From the human T2T-CHM13v2.0 reference genome, Homo sapiens: a stretch of 64,000 nt of DNA. Positions 36,466 through 50,242 of the stretch are shown in pieces; within the stretch, counting starts at the first letter, position 1; each line of letters starts with the position of its first letter. Below the pieces are notes generated by a model. The model was given only the letters and a program-made list of their open reading frames with translations. It had not been told where the DNA came from and did no database searches. The position numbers and the translations under genes are program-made. Location: the NCBI RefSeq assembly GCF_009914755.1, contig NC_060928.1. One strand, given 5' to 3'.

Positions 36466-37719
36466 CTTTATATAGAGAGAGGTAGATACTTATTATATAT
36501 ATAATCCCTCTTTACATGTTTCTCAGTTGGGCCCTGAGCACTACAGCTTGTCTCCTTTATCTGGAAGCTGATTGCATGCCTCCCCTCTCTCCCTGGCACA
36601 GCAGCTGGGAGCAACTTGCACATGACCAGGCTTTATCATTTTACATTGGAAATAATATGTTTCCATCCAGGATTTCAGTGAAGCTTCATGTTCAATCTTT
36701 TGGGAAGTCAGGACAGGGGGAAATGTTGTTAGTTTTTTCTTAACCAGAAGAACATAGAAGCCAGAAGAGACAGTACTAAGCTATTGTCCCCTAAACCAGT
36801 TTCTGGTGGAGAAAAGTGAGGCTCAGGGAGGTAAAAGTGTCTGCCTCAGTTGGTTCATCAGCGCCAGTGGCAGTGCTCTAAGGAGACGCCAGGCCTCCGG
36901 TAACCACTCAGTGTCAGAAGTTCAGGCAGCAACAGGTGCATGAGGAAGGGGTGGGGACATTCCAGAAATGCAGCTGTCAGGAATTTTTTAAATTGTTTTC
37001 CTTTCCTCTTGGGCCAATCATTGGGTATTTACATTCACTGTGGTCACCTGAGCCAGGTACCGCAATTGCATGTCCTGGAGTAGAAACTGATGTGATACCC
37101 AAGACTAACACTTAGTTCCTTCTTTGCCTTTAAGTACTAAGTGGATCTGTGATTTTAGGCAAGTGATTGTCCCTTTCTGGGCCTGTGGTTTTTTTGTTTG
37201 TTTTACTTTTTTGTTTTTTAATTATCATGACCAAAAGTCTTTTATTATTAACAACAATTGCACACTTTTTGTTGGGAAAAAAGGTATACAAATTATAAAA
37301 CAGTTAACAATGTTTCCTTAAGGAGAGAAGTGTTAATGCTCTTCTCTAATTATGCTTTTAATGGTATTTTGTTCTATTTTTTTATTTTCAATAGCTTCTT
37401 TATTTCCCTTGGGATATTGAAGCTTTACTTAATCTTATTCTTTCTAAGTAGGGTAGAGAATTCCTGTTTCAAGTCTCCACAAAACAAAATCCCTTTTCCT
37501 GACATAGTAGAAAGGACAGGTGCTTGGATGTTTGGTTGGCAGGGGAAAGGAAAGAGTCCAGGTGCTACTGATAGAAATATTCAACCAAATCCTCCAGTTT
37601 TCGACTCCACCACTCACTGTGGTGCCTTCCTCAAGACCTTGGAGCTCCAAGTCTCTGAAGAATATTTCAGGCAATGAGAGGAGTCCCTGACTAAGGTAAA
37701 ACCCTCCTCTCTGTCTCTT

Positions 37720-37770
37720 TCTGTGTGCGTGTATATGTATGTATATGTATATGTATATACATATACATAT
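37720..37770 (+). repeat. (TATATG)n/(TATACA)n microsatellite
   Basis: Direct reading. Confidence 0.85.
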
Positions 37771-38017
37771 TCTATTGCTGCTTCCTCCTTAAACTCCACT
37801 AGAATAACAATGAAAGGTATTTAACATATTAATCCACCAATGTGAATAGTTGAGAGATGCCAACAATTTGAAAGATGGAAAAGAGGTCTGCAAATGCTCA
37901 TTGTCGTAGCACAGCTGAGAAAGCTCACTGAGGCGCTGAGAGTGAGATGCGAAGGGACGGCCAGTGCAACACGGGCCTGTGTGTTTTTATGGACAGTATG
38001 AAGGTATTGAAACTGAT

Positions 38018-38285
38018 CAGTAGTCTTCAAACATTTTCTTTCTTTCTTTTTTTTTTTTTCTTTTAGCAGGGAGATCTATTTCTCAAGTGAAAGGTAACTG
38101 AAACTGTCATGCATGAAACAAGCCCAAGCAAGCAGCTGCAGTTGCATGGTCAGCTGAGCCAAGGGCAGAGAGATGAGCCAGATGGGCTTCCCGCCCCTGG
38201 AGGGAGCCCCCATCCCCAGAGGGCAGGCTCTGACGCTCCTTCCCAGGTTCTTGGGGCATCACCAAAAAGAGTGGAAATCCCTACA
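38018..38285 (-). mobile_element. MER103C-like hAT-Charlie element
   Basis: CAGTAGTCTTCAAACATTTT...TTTTAGCAG...GCAGCTGC, a GC-rich middle, then GAGTGGAAATCCCT. Colinear with antisense MER103C as I recall it. Confidence 0.6.
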
Positions 38286-39224
38286 TGTTTTATCTCCAAG
38301 GGTCTCTAACCTTCTGTAACACTGCTCTGTGAATGCAATGAGACCATGTAAGAAAAGCACTGAGTAAAACCAAGAGCCTCATGTTTTGTTGCTATGCTGA
38401 TTTTAATCTTTGAAGGTAAAGGGCCCTTGTATCTGACCTGCAAAGCACTTGGGCTGCTGGCTTTGCAAGGCATTGGCAAGAATAATACCTAAGGTACAGC
38501 TTCAAGAAGGTGGCTTTGTTTTCTCCTCTGAGAATAAGGGACTGAAAAAGTGATGAGTAACTCGGAAAAAAATAAAAGAGAACAAGAGAGAACAAAGTAG
38601 CTTTTCTTGATAAAGCATTTCCTCTAACCTGAAAGCTAGACACGGAAGCCAGGGAGTGCAGGAATTGCCCTGGCTGTGGCTAGTCACCATGCCGCCACCC
38701 CCAAATTCTTCTCACCACCAGATCAGCCAGGGAACGGCTTGCTGAAACCTGCTGGCTCTTTCTTGTGACCTGGAAGGATGACAGAGAGGCTGACATCCTG
38801 GAAGACCTCATTGCCCTGGGTTCCTTAGGAATCACAGAAGGGAACTCATTCACTCATTCATTCATTCAAGAATAGTATAGACTCTGCACAGTAGAGAAAA
38901 CATGTATATCATTTTTCCAGATTCAACAGCTAGTGAATTTCCTGTATGCCAAGTCTTTAGAACTCAGGGATGAATGAAATTTCACAGGCTATTCTGTCTC
39001 TGAAAATCAAGTAAGGCAACACTCACATCCCCTCTGGGAAGCCAACCTTAGCCTCGTAGTCTGGATAAAATTTCACTATTATGTGCTACCTCAGCAGTTA
39101 TGTACTGTAGCATCAGTCACATCCACTTCAGTGTAAGTTCTGGGAGGACAGGACATGTGTCTCTAGTAGCAGAAGAGATTGGCATGACAACAACCTCCAG
39201 TAGGTGTTCTACTAATTAAGTTTA

Positions 39225-39524
<300 letters not shown>

Positions 39525-39669
39525 TTACCACACCACACTATGTACCCAATTACTTGTCTGTCTTCCCTCTCTACTCTCCCTATGGGGTGTGAGCCCCTAC
39601 GAGCCCCTAAAGGCTGGAACCTTACCTCTTCCTGTCTGGCATCACATGCACTGTCTCATTCTATTGTGC

Positions 39670-39880
39670 GGAGACGTGAGCCAGGTCTGAATTCAAATCT
39701 ATGACCCTGCCACTTCCTGTGGGGTGCATATCCTGTTTCAGTTTCCTCATATCTCAAAATGAAAATGAAAACACAATTTCCACACCTACAGCTACGAAAA
39801 AGCTTAGAAAGAATGCCAGTGATCTGCCTAGGACAATCCATAGCAAAGCATGGGCACACAGTAATTGCTAGCTATTAATA
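39670..39880 (+). mobile_element. MIR
   Basis: GAGCCAGGTCTGAATTCAAATC...CTGCCACTT...TTTCAGTTTCCTCATATCTCAAAATG. Confidence 0.8.
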
Positions 39881-39944
39881 GAAACTTCAATTTGTTTAAA
39901 CTCCTAAAGCTCATTGAATTGCTGGAAAAAAACAGCCTCTAGAG

Positions 39945-40880
39945 AACTTCTGTATATGCTTTTTTTCAGATTCGCCATGTTTTAACATTTTGCCACATTT
40001 GCTTTTTTATCCTCTATTTTTTCCTATTCTCTCTTTCAAATATTGTTAAATATAGTAATGCACACATACATACATACACAAACATGTAAGTGTGTGAATT
40101 ATGCATTCTAAAATTATTGTTTTCTATACCATTTGAAAGTAGATTAGCTACATCCTGTTCTTTTATTTTTTAATATTTCAATGTGTATTCTCTAAGAATA
40201 TTCTTTTAAATAATTTAACCACAATGGTATTTCATTTAGGAAATTTAATGTTGTTATAATATTTTCATCTAATCTACATTTTAATATGCCATATTTGTCA
40301 TTGTCCCAATAATAATAATGTGCAAGTGCTCTTCCCTTCAAAACAGGATCTGGTCCATTTAGCAATTGTGTCTGTTGAATTCCCTTTAATTCAGAACTTT
40401 CTTCAGTCTTTCCCACTTTCACGACACTGACATTTTTAATGAACACAGGCCCCTTGTAGCATATTCTTTAATGTGGGTTTGTCTGATGCTTTTTTATGAT
40501 CAGATTCAGGTTATGCATCCCAGCGGGGATACTCATAAGTGATGGCATTCCCTCTCCATGCACACATCCAGAGGCATGTGACATCCATCTGTTCCTTATT
40601 GCTAATGTTAATTTTGATCACACTGTCAAAGTGACATCTCTTTATACTAATACTGTGTAGTTACTACTTTTCCCCTTTTTGACTAATATGCAATCGGTGG
40701 AGAGACCTTTTGAGACTATAGGAGTATTCCATTTCTCAAAATTCCTCTGACACTTGGTACCCATGGATGATTCTTGCCCAACCAACCCTTACTAGGATGG
40801 TTAGAGCACAGTGAGTTCACAAATCTACCACCTCCACTTTTGTCATAGGTTTTCTACCGTAAGAAGGAACTATCTCTAAA
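39945..40880 (-). mobile_element. L1MC4/5-like 3' UTR
   Basis: TTTTAACATTTTGCCACATTTGC, AATATTTCAATGTGTATTCTCTAAGAA, CAGATTCAGGTTATGCAT, TAATGTTAATTTTGATCAC. Confidence 0.8.
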
Positions 40881-41154
40881 GAGGCAAGACAGTGTGTCTG
40901 AGGACATTTTTCCTGTTACTGCAAAGAAATAGGAACTTTGTATCCTGGTAAGAGGTTGCGCTGGAGACAGGGGTGTGTATGTTAAGCCTACAAGAGCCCC
41001 GAGAAAGGCTGGGAACAAATCAGACCCTAAAACAAGGGAAGTGAGAGACCTTGAGCATGAAGGAGCAGAAGAAGATGAATTATAGGAGACTCGTTGGTGT
41101 CAGGAGAGTCTGGGCACCAGCCACAGGCAAAGGCAGGTCATATGGCACTGGGAC

Positions 41155-41322
41155 CACAATCTAGTTAGTCCACTAGGAGAGTCTCTTCCTTTGAGTATGT
41201 TTGCTCTTCCATAAAACTGTGACAATCATATTGATGTCATAGCATTTTCCTGTGTTTAGGCTGATGTTGGATGCAAAGTGCCAGGCACACTGTTTAACAT
41301 CATGTAAGTGCTCACTAAATGC
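41155..41322 (+). mobile_element. MIR
   Basis: Degenerate MIR 3' half (AAAGTGCCAGGCACACTG...GTAAGTGCTCACTAAATG). Confidence 0.6.
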
Positions 41323-41664
41323 CCCCCTTCCCTTCTTCCGTTCTCTTGCACTGTTCAGATATCGCCATGGAAACTCTCCTCTCTGCTTTCACTGAGGCCC
41401 TTTAAAATTTTTACAATTACTTTAACAGCTCATTTTTTTCATCTGAAATGAGAAATTCTAAAGGTAATAATATACCATATTTGCTGCTAACAGTAAATTA
41501 AATGCAGGGTCAAAAACTGCTTCTGAACTCAGCTAGGAAGTCTCGTGGATGCTTTTATTTGAAAATTTATTGCATTATTCTTGATACATTAAATATAACA
41601 AAATTAATTAATTATTTTCCATGATAATGATATCTCCATTTTATTGTTGTCATTAAGATACAAT

Positions 41665-41900
41665 AATTATAATTGCCAGTTTTAAAACTCGGTACCTAAT
41701 ATTTAGTAGGCCCTTAATTAGGTGCTTTGCAGTCATTACTTATAGTGCTCTCAACTGACTTATGTCAGCATTCTCTCCACTTTACAGATGAAGATATTGA
41801 GGCTCAGAGTGTCTGTGGGACCTGCCAATGGTCTTATTCCTGAAATATGGCAATGCAGGCTGTAAAAGTACTCTGTCTCCAAAGAATGCATACTTTGCTT
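41665..41900 (-). mobile_element. MIR
   Basis: CCACTTTACAGATGAAGATATTGAGGCTCAGAG. Confidence 0.8.
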
Positions 41901-41993
41901 TTTGGCAGTGATTTCGATGTGATAAAAATTCCATGTTTTCCATGAACTTCTGTATTTGACTTAGTATAGAGCTAAATTTAATTAACTATGTAA

Positions 41994-42393
41994 TTGAGAC
42001 AGGGATGGCTGTTGCACACCTCACATTCCATGTGCTCCCCTTCACTTCTCACTCTTCCTTGCAGTGAGGTTGAGGCCAAGTGACTCTTTCTGGCCAATGA
42101 GTTGTAAGCACAATGACACATGTTTCTTCCAGGCTGAAGCAATTACAGTCTGGTTTGCTTCTTTCTTCTCTCTGTCCCCATGCTGAAGCAACCTTAGAAG
42201 TGACATGTTAAGGAGCTATATTATAAGGTGATGCAAGCCTGGATCCTTGAGTCACTCGAGGGAGGGTCATCCCAGGATCCTAGGCCAACTGCATTAGACT
42301 CTGTGTGTGAAAGAAATCAACTTCTGTTGGGCTAAGCCACCATGATTATAAAGTTTATTTGTTACTGCAGGACAACCTAGCCTACCCTAATAG
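41994..42393 (+). mobile_element. MLT1I/J-like solo LTR
   Basis: GGCCAAGTGACTCTTTCTGGCCAATGAG, AGCCTGGATCCTTGAGTCAC, TTGTTACTGCAG...CCTAGCCTACCCTAATA. Confidence 0.8.
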
Positions 42394-43615
42394 AATGGTG
42401 AATCCTTTTAGGTGACAAGTTATCATGGGTGGTGTAAGAAGCTCCTGATTTTGGAGGTCAAGGAGGCTAGATGCCTCTCCTTACCATCATCAAAGTGAAA
42501 ACTGAATTCCATGACCTCTATGTCTATTTTTAGGCAAATTAAACATAGTCTTGTTATTATTATTTAAGGGGATAAGTGTTAAAAATGAACCTCTTCCTTT
42601 TCTTTATTGAAATTTAGTTTAAGCTGAATGAATGAAACTTCCACTGCAAGCAAAGAGGATAGAAGAGTAATCCTCATGAAGCGGCTGTTGTACACTCAGG
42701 AGGATATGTTTTAAATAATGTTCCCACAAAAAGCACCTGCAAACATCAGAATCTAAAGGAAAAAAATCACAACAAATGAGATTCAGCCTGATTAGGGAAA
42801 ATGATTTTCTCTATCACTTTTACACTGCAAGGCTAGGCTTTGTCTGAATCTTATTAATACGAGAGCGATGCCAAGATAACTAAGGCTGATAAAGAATAAA
42901 TACAATTTGACCGGATTCAGCTACAAATATCAGATGTTTTGAAAGATTATCATAAGTGGCTCAAATTCACTTAATTCTTTTATAAAACAAGTTTTTGTTG
43001 GACTATAAAATATTTTCCAATTTCCCTGGATGACAAATGGCAAAAGAGGTTAATTAAAAGTCAACTGAAGACTACTTAGGCACTTAAACATGTAATTTCT
43101 TGAGCTTCAAACTTAAATAGCTCAAACTAGTTAAAAAATAGCTTATTATTGTAATTCATGTATTTCCTCTTTAAATATACTTTTCTTAGTTTGATTTAAA
43201 ATCTTACTAAAAGTTTGAAAAAAAAACTAGTCGTTTAATAATCATTCCGTATTTGAAGGAATGAATGAGAATATACATGCAAGCACAGAGAAGGGTACAA
43301 GGGTCTCTTGCGATCCTCAGAACACTAATTGCAGGCTTCTCTGTCCCTCTTTACTTATATTTTCTTTCTCACCTCTGTGTCCTCACCCTGGCACCTTTTC
43401 TCTCTCTATGTTGGATTATCCAGCTGTTACACATCTGTCAGAATCCTATTACTTCCTCATGACCCAGGTTAAATTGTTCTTCCTCTGAGGTGCTCTTTCA
43501 GACTCTCATATTCTCTCTCTTGATTTCCTGTTACATTCTTTGGGCAATTCCCTCTTCATTTCAGGAAGTTTATAATTTTTACTATTTTGTTAATTTTATT
43601 TTCATATTTATATTC

Positions 43616-43957
43616 TGCTATGCACCGAATGCTTGTGTTTTCCCAAGATTTATATATTGAAGCCTAAATGTCAATGTGATGATATTTAGAGGTGGAGTCT
43701 TTGAAGAGTAATTAGATCATGAGACTAGAGCCCAGATGTATGGGATTAATGCCCTTTTAAGTGGCTAAAAATGACCAGAAGTCTTTCTCTTTGACGTGTC
43801 CTCATGACAATGAGAACATGACCATCTGTAAACCAAGAGGAAAGCATTCACTTTGATCTCAGAACCCCAGCCTCCTGAATTGTGCTAAATAAATGTCTAT
43901 TGTTTAAGGCACTTTATCTATGGCATTCTGTTAGAGCAGCATGAACTGACTCAAACA
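43616..43957 (+). mobile_element. MLT1A0 solo LTR
   Basis: TGCTATG...GTAATTAGATCATGAG...ATGGGATTAATGCCCTT...AATAAATGTCTATTGTTTAAG...GAACTGACTCAAACA. Confidence 0.85.
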
Positions 43958-44599
43958 TAGGCCTTATCTCTTCCTTTTTACTGTGTATTTCCCGGGATTA
44001 AGGAGGATACCTAATGCCTTGTACAGCATCCCTTGCTTGGGCTTGGTAGTGGAAGGAAGTATCAAGTTTCCCATATTGTGTCTATTTCAGAATCTATGTT
44101 CAGTTCTGTCTCCACTGGCAAGTAACTTTTCCCATAAAGAGAAGGAAGAATAAGCACATACTCCAGCCTAGAAACAAGGTCAATTTTCAAACTCAAGGCC
44201 AACTATGGAATTGAATGAGGCAGAGTTGTATGGCCATGAAGACAGATAAATAATTTTAGCTGGGGTTTAAAAGTGATTAGCAGACATTTTCAGAGTATAC
44301 TGTCAAAAAATAAACACTTCTTTATTAATATTTGAAGTTAACTTTGAACACTTATTAAAGACAAATTGAGGATGTTCTGCAATTAGTAATAGGACTCTGA
44401 GAAACTCTACTCATTATGGATAAGCTGTTCATGCAACACAACAAATGAGCCTTGTTTTGCCTTCAAGAATGCCTATCAGAACTTTTAAGACTTGGAGGCC
44501 TCATGTTCTCTCAAGGCTCCAAGCCCTTTTACACATTTCTCATCTGCCTGGAGCCACCCTCTCTTTACCAAGGTAACTCCTTTGCCAGGAGTTTTCTTA

Positions 44600-46045
44600 A
44601 AAACAAAAATATCACTGGTACACAAACAGGCACATAGAACAGTAGAACGGAATAAAGAGCCCAGACACAAGGCTGCACACCTACGACCACCTGGTCTTTG
44701 ACAAAGCTGACAAAACAAGCAATGAGGGAACAGACTCCCTGTTCGATAAATGTTGCTGAGATAACTGGCTAGCCATACGCAGAAGATTGAAACTGGACCC
44801 CTTCCTTATACCATATACAAAAATCAACTCATGTTGTATTAAAAAGTTAAACATAAAACCCAAAACTATAAAAATCCTGGAAGACAACCCAAGCAATACC
44901 ATCCTGGACATAGGAGTGGGCAAAGACTTCATGACAAAGACACCAAAAGCAATTGCAACAAAAGCAAAAATTGATAAATAGAATGTAATTAAACTTAAGT
45001 ATTTCTTCAAAGCAAAAGAAGCTATCCACAGAGCAAACAGACAACCTACAGAATGGGAGAAAATTTTTGCAAACTATGCGTCTGATAAAGGTCTAATATC
45101 CAGCATCCATAAGAAACTTAAACAAATTTACAAGAGAAAAACTAACAACCCCAAATTAAAAGTGGACAAGTGACATGAACAGACACTTTTCAAAAGAAGA
45201 CATACATGTGGCCAACAAGCATATGAAAAAACCTCAATATCACTGATCATAAGATAAATGCAAATCAAAACCACAGTGAGATACCATCTCACACCAGTCA
45301 GAATGGCTATTATTAAAATGTCAAAAAATAACAGATGCTGACAGCATTGTGGAAAAGAACATTTATACACTGTTGGTGGAATGTAAATTAGTTCAACCAT
45401 TGTGGAAAGCAGTATGGTGATTACTCAGAGATCTAAAAGCAGAACTACTGTTTGATCCAGTAATCTTATTACTGGGTCTATATCCAGAGGAATACAAATC
45501 ATTCTACCATAAAGACACATGCACACAAATATTTTTGCAGCACTATTCACAAGAGCAAAGACATGGAATCAACCTATTGTTTATCCATCAGTAACAAATT
45601 GGATAAATAAAATATGGTACACATACACCATGGAATACTATGCAGCCATAAAAAAGAATGAGATTATATCATCTTTTGTGGAAACATGAATGGAGCTGGA
45701 GGCTATTATCCTCTGCAAATGAACACAGGAACAGAAAACCAAATACTACATGTTCTCACTTATAAGTCAAAGCTAAATGGTGGGAACTCATGAATACAAA
45801 GAATGGAACAAGAGACACTAGGGTCTACTTGAGAGTGGATGGTGGGAAAAAGGAAAGGAGCAGAAAAAATAACTATTGGGTACTAGGCTTAATACCTTGG
45901 TGATTAAATAATCTGTATAACAAACCCCTATGACATGAGTTTACCTGTATAACAAACCTTCATCTATATAAAATAAAACAAGTGAAGGTTTTATTTTATT
46001 TATTTTATTTTTTATTTTATTTATTCCTAAAATAAAAGTAAAGAA
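44600..46045 (+). mobile_element. 5'-truncated L1PA15/16-like (ORF2 C-terminus and 3' UTR)
   Basis: Translation [14 protein letters not shown]...[26 protein letters not shown]. 3' UTR GGAGCAGAAAAAATAACTATTGGGTACTAGGCTTAATACC. Confidence 0.94.
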
Positions 46046-46329
46046 TTTTATATGGATAAATTATAAAGGCTTACAAATACACTCAAACATACATATGTTT
46101 GTGTGTGTATACATATATATATGCATATGTATATTTATGTATATATGTTTTTAATAGCTCTAATTAATTACAATTCAAAGTGGTAATCAATAATTGCAAT
46201 GCAAGTTTGCTCCAAAGTACACCTGTGAAGATGAAAGGAAAAACTCCATGAATAACTCAAGCTCCTTATTGAACCAGTGTGAAGCATGTATTACTAATAT
46301 TAAAATAACTTCTAGTAAAAAATTTTACC

Positions 46330-46670
46330 AGGGTAACTTCACACATCTTCTCAAATGTCACTTCTGCTGGGAAGCAAAGACAGATCTTCTCCCGTCTTTC
46401 TTCCCAGCTTCCAGCTAAGTTAGTTGTTTCTCTCATGTGTATCCTGAACTTTCACTATTATAGTGCTTCTTGACTCTAATTCCCTTTTTAATTGCCCCTC
46501 TTCTCTGATAAACTATAAACTTTATGAAGGTAGGAACCAAGCCTATCTCTGATAAACTATAAACTTTATGAAGGTAGGAACCAAGCCTATCATCTTGTTA
46601 GCTGTTGAATTTCCCTTGCCTAGGACATTGCATTGACATGGTAGACACTGAAAATATCTGTTAAAAAAAA
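46330..46670 (+). mobile_element. L2 3' region
   Basis: CTCAAATGTCACTTCTGCTGGGAAG, ACTATAAACTTTATGAAGGTAGGAACC, TGACATGGTAGACACTGAAAATATCTGTT. Confidence 0.75.
46502..46589 (+). repeat. Perfect 44-bp tandem duplication
   Basis: TCTCTGATAAACTATAAACTTTATGAAGGTAGGAACCAAGCCTA at 46502-46545 and 46546-46589. Confidence 0.97.
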
Positions 46671-47199
46671 TAGAGTTGTCAGTCTTAGGCAATGAAAGAG
46701 GAGAAATCCAGGCAAACCAAGCCAGAGTCTTGTCTTTCAATTATCTCTGGCTAAAGTTTCTCACATTATTGAGGAAGAGATTGGCATTTACACTAGAAAT
46801 CTACTGTACAGTAGTATAGTACAATGCATTTGTTAAAAATATGATAAACTACTTAGAGTTCTAATTTTGTAGATTAAGTTTAGTTACTTTCTTCTGCATG
46901 GGTTGCTTCATCCTAAAGTTTTCTGTAAAAGAATTTGAACAAATTATTTCATAGAGAGATGCCTGGACTCTGGGGCCCCTACCAAATAATTGCTGTCAAG
47001 TTTTGTCCAGAGAATCGACATTACCATTTAAATGTCTACCTTACATATATTCATGACTAGGAATAACTACTAAGGTTAACACAAGCTCGTAGTTGTTGAG
47101 TACTTATTATGTGCTGGGCACTGTGTTAAGTAATTTGCATCAATTATCTGAGAGTCATGACCCCTACACCAGGTTGGCACTCTTATCCTAATTTATTAA

Positions 47200-48722
47200 T
47201 TTATATACCTGACATTTACTGGGTTCATAACGTGTAAGATATTGAACTCAGCATCAGGGATACAATAGGGAATAAAATAAGTATCAGTTATCCTGGAACT
47301 TACATTCTAGTAGAGGAGAGGAGAGAAATGAGAAAAACTGAAAATGCCAATTTTATTAGATACTAAGAATGTTATAAACAAGTGTCAGTAGAGAAGAGAG
47401 AAAGAGTTCTAGGGAGTACAATTTTGCATAGAGAGTTCAGGGAAAGTGTCTCAGTCTGTTTGGGCTATTATAACCCATAAACCATGTGGCTTACAAACAA
47501 CAGACATTTATTTTTAACTGTTCTGGAGGCTGGAGATTCCAAGATGAAGGTGCCAGCATATTCGAAGTCTGGTGAGGGACTCGCATTCTGGTCATAGATA
47601 GTGCCTTCTCACTGCCACATGATGGCATTGTCACTGTCCTCACATGGTGGAAGGAACAAAGCAGCTCTCTGGGGCCTCTTTTATAAAGGCACTAATCTCA
47701 TTCATGAGGGCTCCACCCTCATGACCTAATCACCTCCTAAAATTCCCACCTTCTGATACCATCACCTTGGGGATTAGATTTCAGCATAGGCATTTTGGGG
47801 GGACACAGACATTCAGACATAGCAGAAGGCTTCACTTATAGGGTGCATGTGAGCAGAACCCTGAAGGAGATAGGAGAGGGAACCACTCAGATATCTTAGG
47901 GAAGAATATTTTAGGCAAAGACAGCAGCATGTGCAAAATTCTGACATGGGAGCATATTGGAGTAGTTAGGGAATAGCAACGAAACCAGTGTGGTTAAAAT
48001 CAGTGAGTGAACAATAAGCAATTGTGAAGAAGGGGCCAGATCATGTAAGACCTTGTTCGCTATTTTGAGGATTAAGGCTTTATTTTGAGTGACAGATGTT
48101 GTTGGAGGATTTTGTGCAGAAAATGATCTGGTTTACATTTTAAAAGGATATTCTGGCTTCTGTAAAGAGGATAGCTTGAGTGGGTAAAGAGAAGAACTAA
48201 GAAGTTTAAATAGGAGGCTATTACAATAATCCAGGTAAGAGGGCATGGTGACTTGAAACAGTGTTTTATTGGTGGAGATGATGAGAACTGCTCAGGTTCA
48301 GTATGTATTTTTATGTGGAACTCACAGGATTTGCTGATGGATTGGATGTGGGTTATGAGAGAACAAGAGAAATCAAGGATGACACCAGAGTTTTTGCCCT
48401 GAGCAACCAGGAATATGGAGTTGCTATCTACTAAAATGCTTAAGATTGAAGGAGGGACATATTTGGGATAAAAGAACAAGAGATCGGACTTGGACTCATT
48501 AAGTCTGAGGTTCCTATTAAATATCCAGTGCAGATGATAAGTACGGGTTGGATATATATGTCTGGAGTTCAGCTGACTGCTCAGGCTGGAGACACAAACT
48601 TGACAATGCTTAATATAAGAATGGTATTAAAAACCCTAGAAACTGAGTTGACTCATCCAGGAAATGAGAGTTGAAAGAGTAGCAGTTCAAGGACTGAGGC
48701 CTAGGGCTGCCCAACATTTAGG
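47200..48722 (-). mobile_element. L2 (L2a-like) long fragment interrupted by MLT1A0
   Basis: Minus-strand translation VAQGKNSGVILDFSCSLITHIQSISKSC matches L2 ORF2 (VAQAKNLGVILDSSLSLTPHIQSISKSC). Confidence 0.88.
47447..47824 (-). mobile_element. MLT1A0 solo LTR
   Basis: TGTCTCAGTCTGTTTGGGCT...GGGCTCCACCCTCATGACCTAATCACCTCC...CATTCAGACATAGCA. TSD GAAAG/GAAGG. Confidence 0.92.
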
Positions 48723-49194
48723 TATTGTGTTCATTCAGGGAAGCAGATGCTCAGACACTGTTAGGAGGGCACGAGGCTTCTTGGGACATTTTGCCTGTGA
48801 AAGACAAAGGGGAAGGAAGTGGAGTTGCACAAGGAAAGGCTTCAGACCACAAAGCAGATCTGATAGCTTGAAACAGAAGAGTCTGTGGGAGGCAGGATTG
48901 GTAGAGTTAGCCTCCAATTTTGATACAGCTCTGATAAGATATTGGCCAACCCAAGGGAAAAGGTGGCATTTTTGCAGAGCCCCACTTTGGATAAACATGG
49001 CCAATCCCTAATGCTCTTGCTGTGCTCTGTCCCTGATTAGGGGCTTCTGACAAATCATAGTGTCAGCTTGAAATCTGCAGTAGACCCCAAACACTCTGCA
49101 GCTGAAGCCTGGTTGCAAATGACACTGCTTGCAACTAAAAGGCAAGTCTTTTCTTAAATGAAAATCTGAGCAGCACACTTCCTTGGCTGCCACA
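48723..49194 (-). mobile_element. LTR33-like ERVL solo LTR
   Basis: Reverse complement begins TGTGGCAGCCAAGGAAGTGTGCTGCTCAGATTTTCATTTAAGAAAAGACTTGC. Confidence 0.75.
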
Positions 49195-49994
49195 GATACC
49201 ACTTGTGGCCATACGGATGCCCCGGCACAGAGAGACTAGGCAGCTAGGCTGAATTCACAGAGAAAGTAGGTGGATTTAAGTTCTGGCAGCCTGATTATGG
49301 ATGCAGTCCTCTACTGTGCATGTAGGACAATGTCAAATAGTGAATTAAACTTTATTTGACATTGTACCTAGAACTCAGTTAAAGAAGCACTACAATTGGT
49401 TTGGGTAGCTGTGTACCAATTTGATAGCTCCCCCTTTTATCTGGCTCTCAAACTTTCTTGGAATGTCTGCCTCTCCTCCTTACCTGATTCACCACAGCCA
49501 GCCACACAAACACTACATAGTTGATTCCTGAGCCAAACTCAAAGTATTTGCAGATAACTCAAAAATGTTGCCTCATCAATGAAGCTCTCTCTGGTTCTCT
49601 AAGGAACGGTATTCTTGTACTACTCTAAAGCTGCATAGCATTTTATCCTAATTATCATTATTACTTTCTACCTTCCATGATAAATACGTGCCCCACTTCC
49701 CTATTCTTCAACATCAGCCCCTCCTCCTGCATTGGCGGACCGAGGGACTCAAGCCCTATTCCTGACCCATTGCAGGCTCCTTCTGCTACTCTGCAGCCAC
49801 AGGCCTTTATCAATCTTCCCTCCTTTCTCACTCCTTAGGGCCTTTTTCACAAGTTGTTCTTTCTCTTGGAATGACTGCTTCTTCTCCAAGTTTCAGCATG
49901 AGATCTCTTCATTGAAAACCTTTCCTCTTCTACCTCCTACTAATTTCATCTAGATGTCTCTCCTCTGTGCTCCTACTCACACTATACTGATGGC

Positions 49995-50242
49995 ATTTAA
50001 AGATTTTTGATGATGACCTGAAGTCAGAAATGCCTTTTACAGCATGACCTGGTACACAAACCTGCATATACAGAGCCTCCTATGCAATCAGAACACAGTT
50101 GTTTTATCAAACTCTTATATCTTTACTGCAGTATAACGCACCCTGATATATTCTGGCCTATTTTATTCCTTTAGAAAGTGCTGTCTGCAGCCCAGTAAAT
50201 TGATTTAATGACCTGCCAGTGGGTCTCAACATACAGCATGAA
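49995..50242. mobile_element. hAT-Charlie MITE (MER112-like)
   Basis: Terminal CCCAGTAAATTGATTTAATGACCTGCCAGTGGGTCTCAACATACAGCATGAAAAACACC. Confidence 0.55.

Noticed and set aside
37258-37677. 139-aa ORF
   Set aside because: Non-ATG start in AT-rich low-complexity DNA with no recognisable domain. Consistent with chance.
48072-48479. 135-aa minus-strand ORF
   Set aside because: L2 ORF2 remnant that shifts out of the ancestral frame midway.
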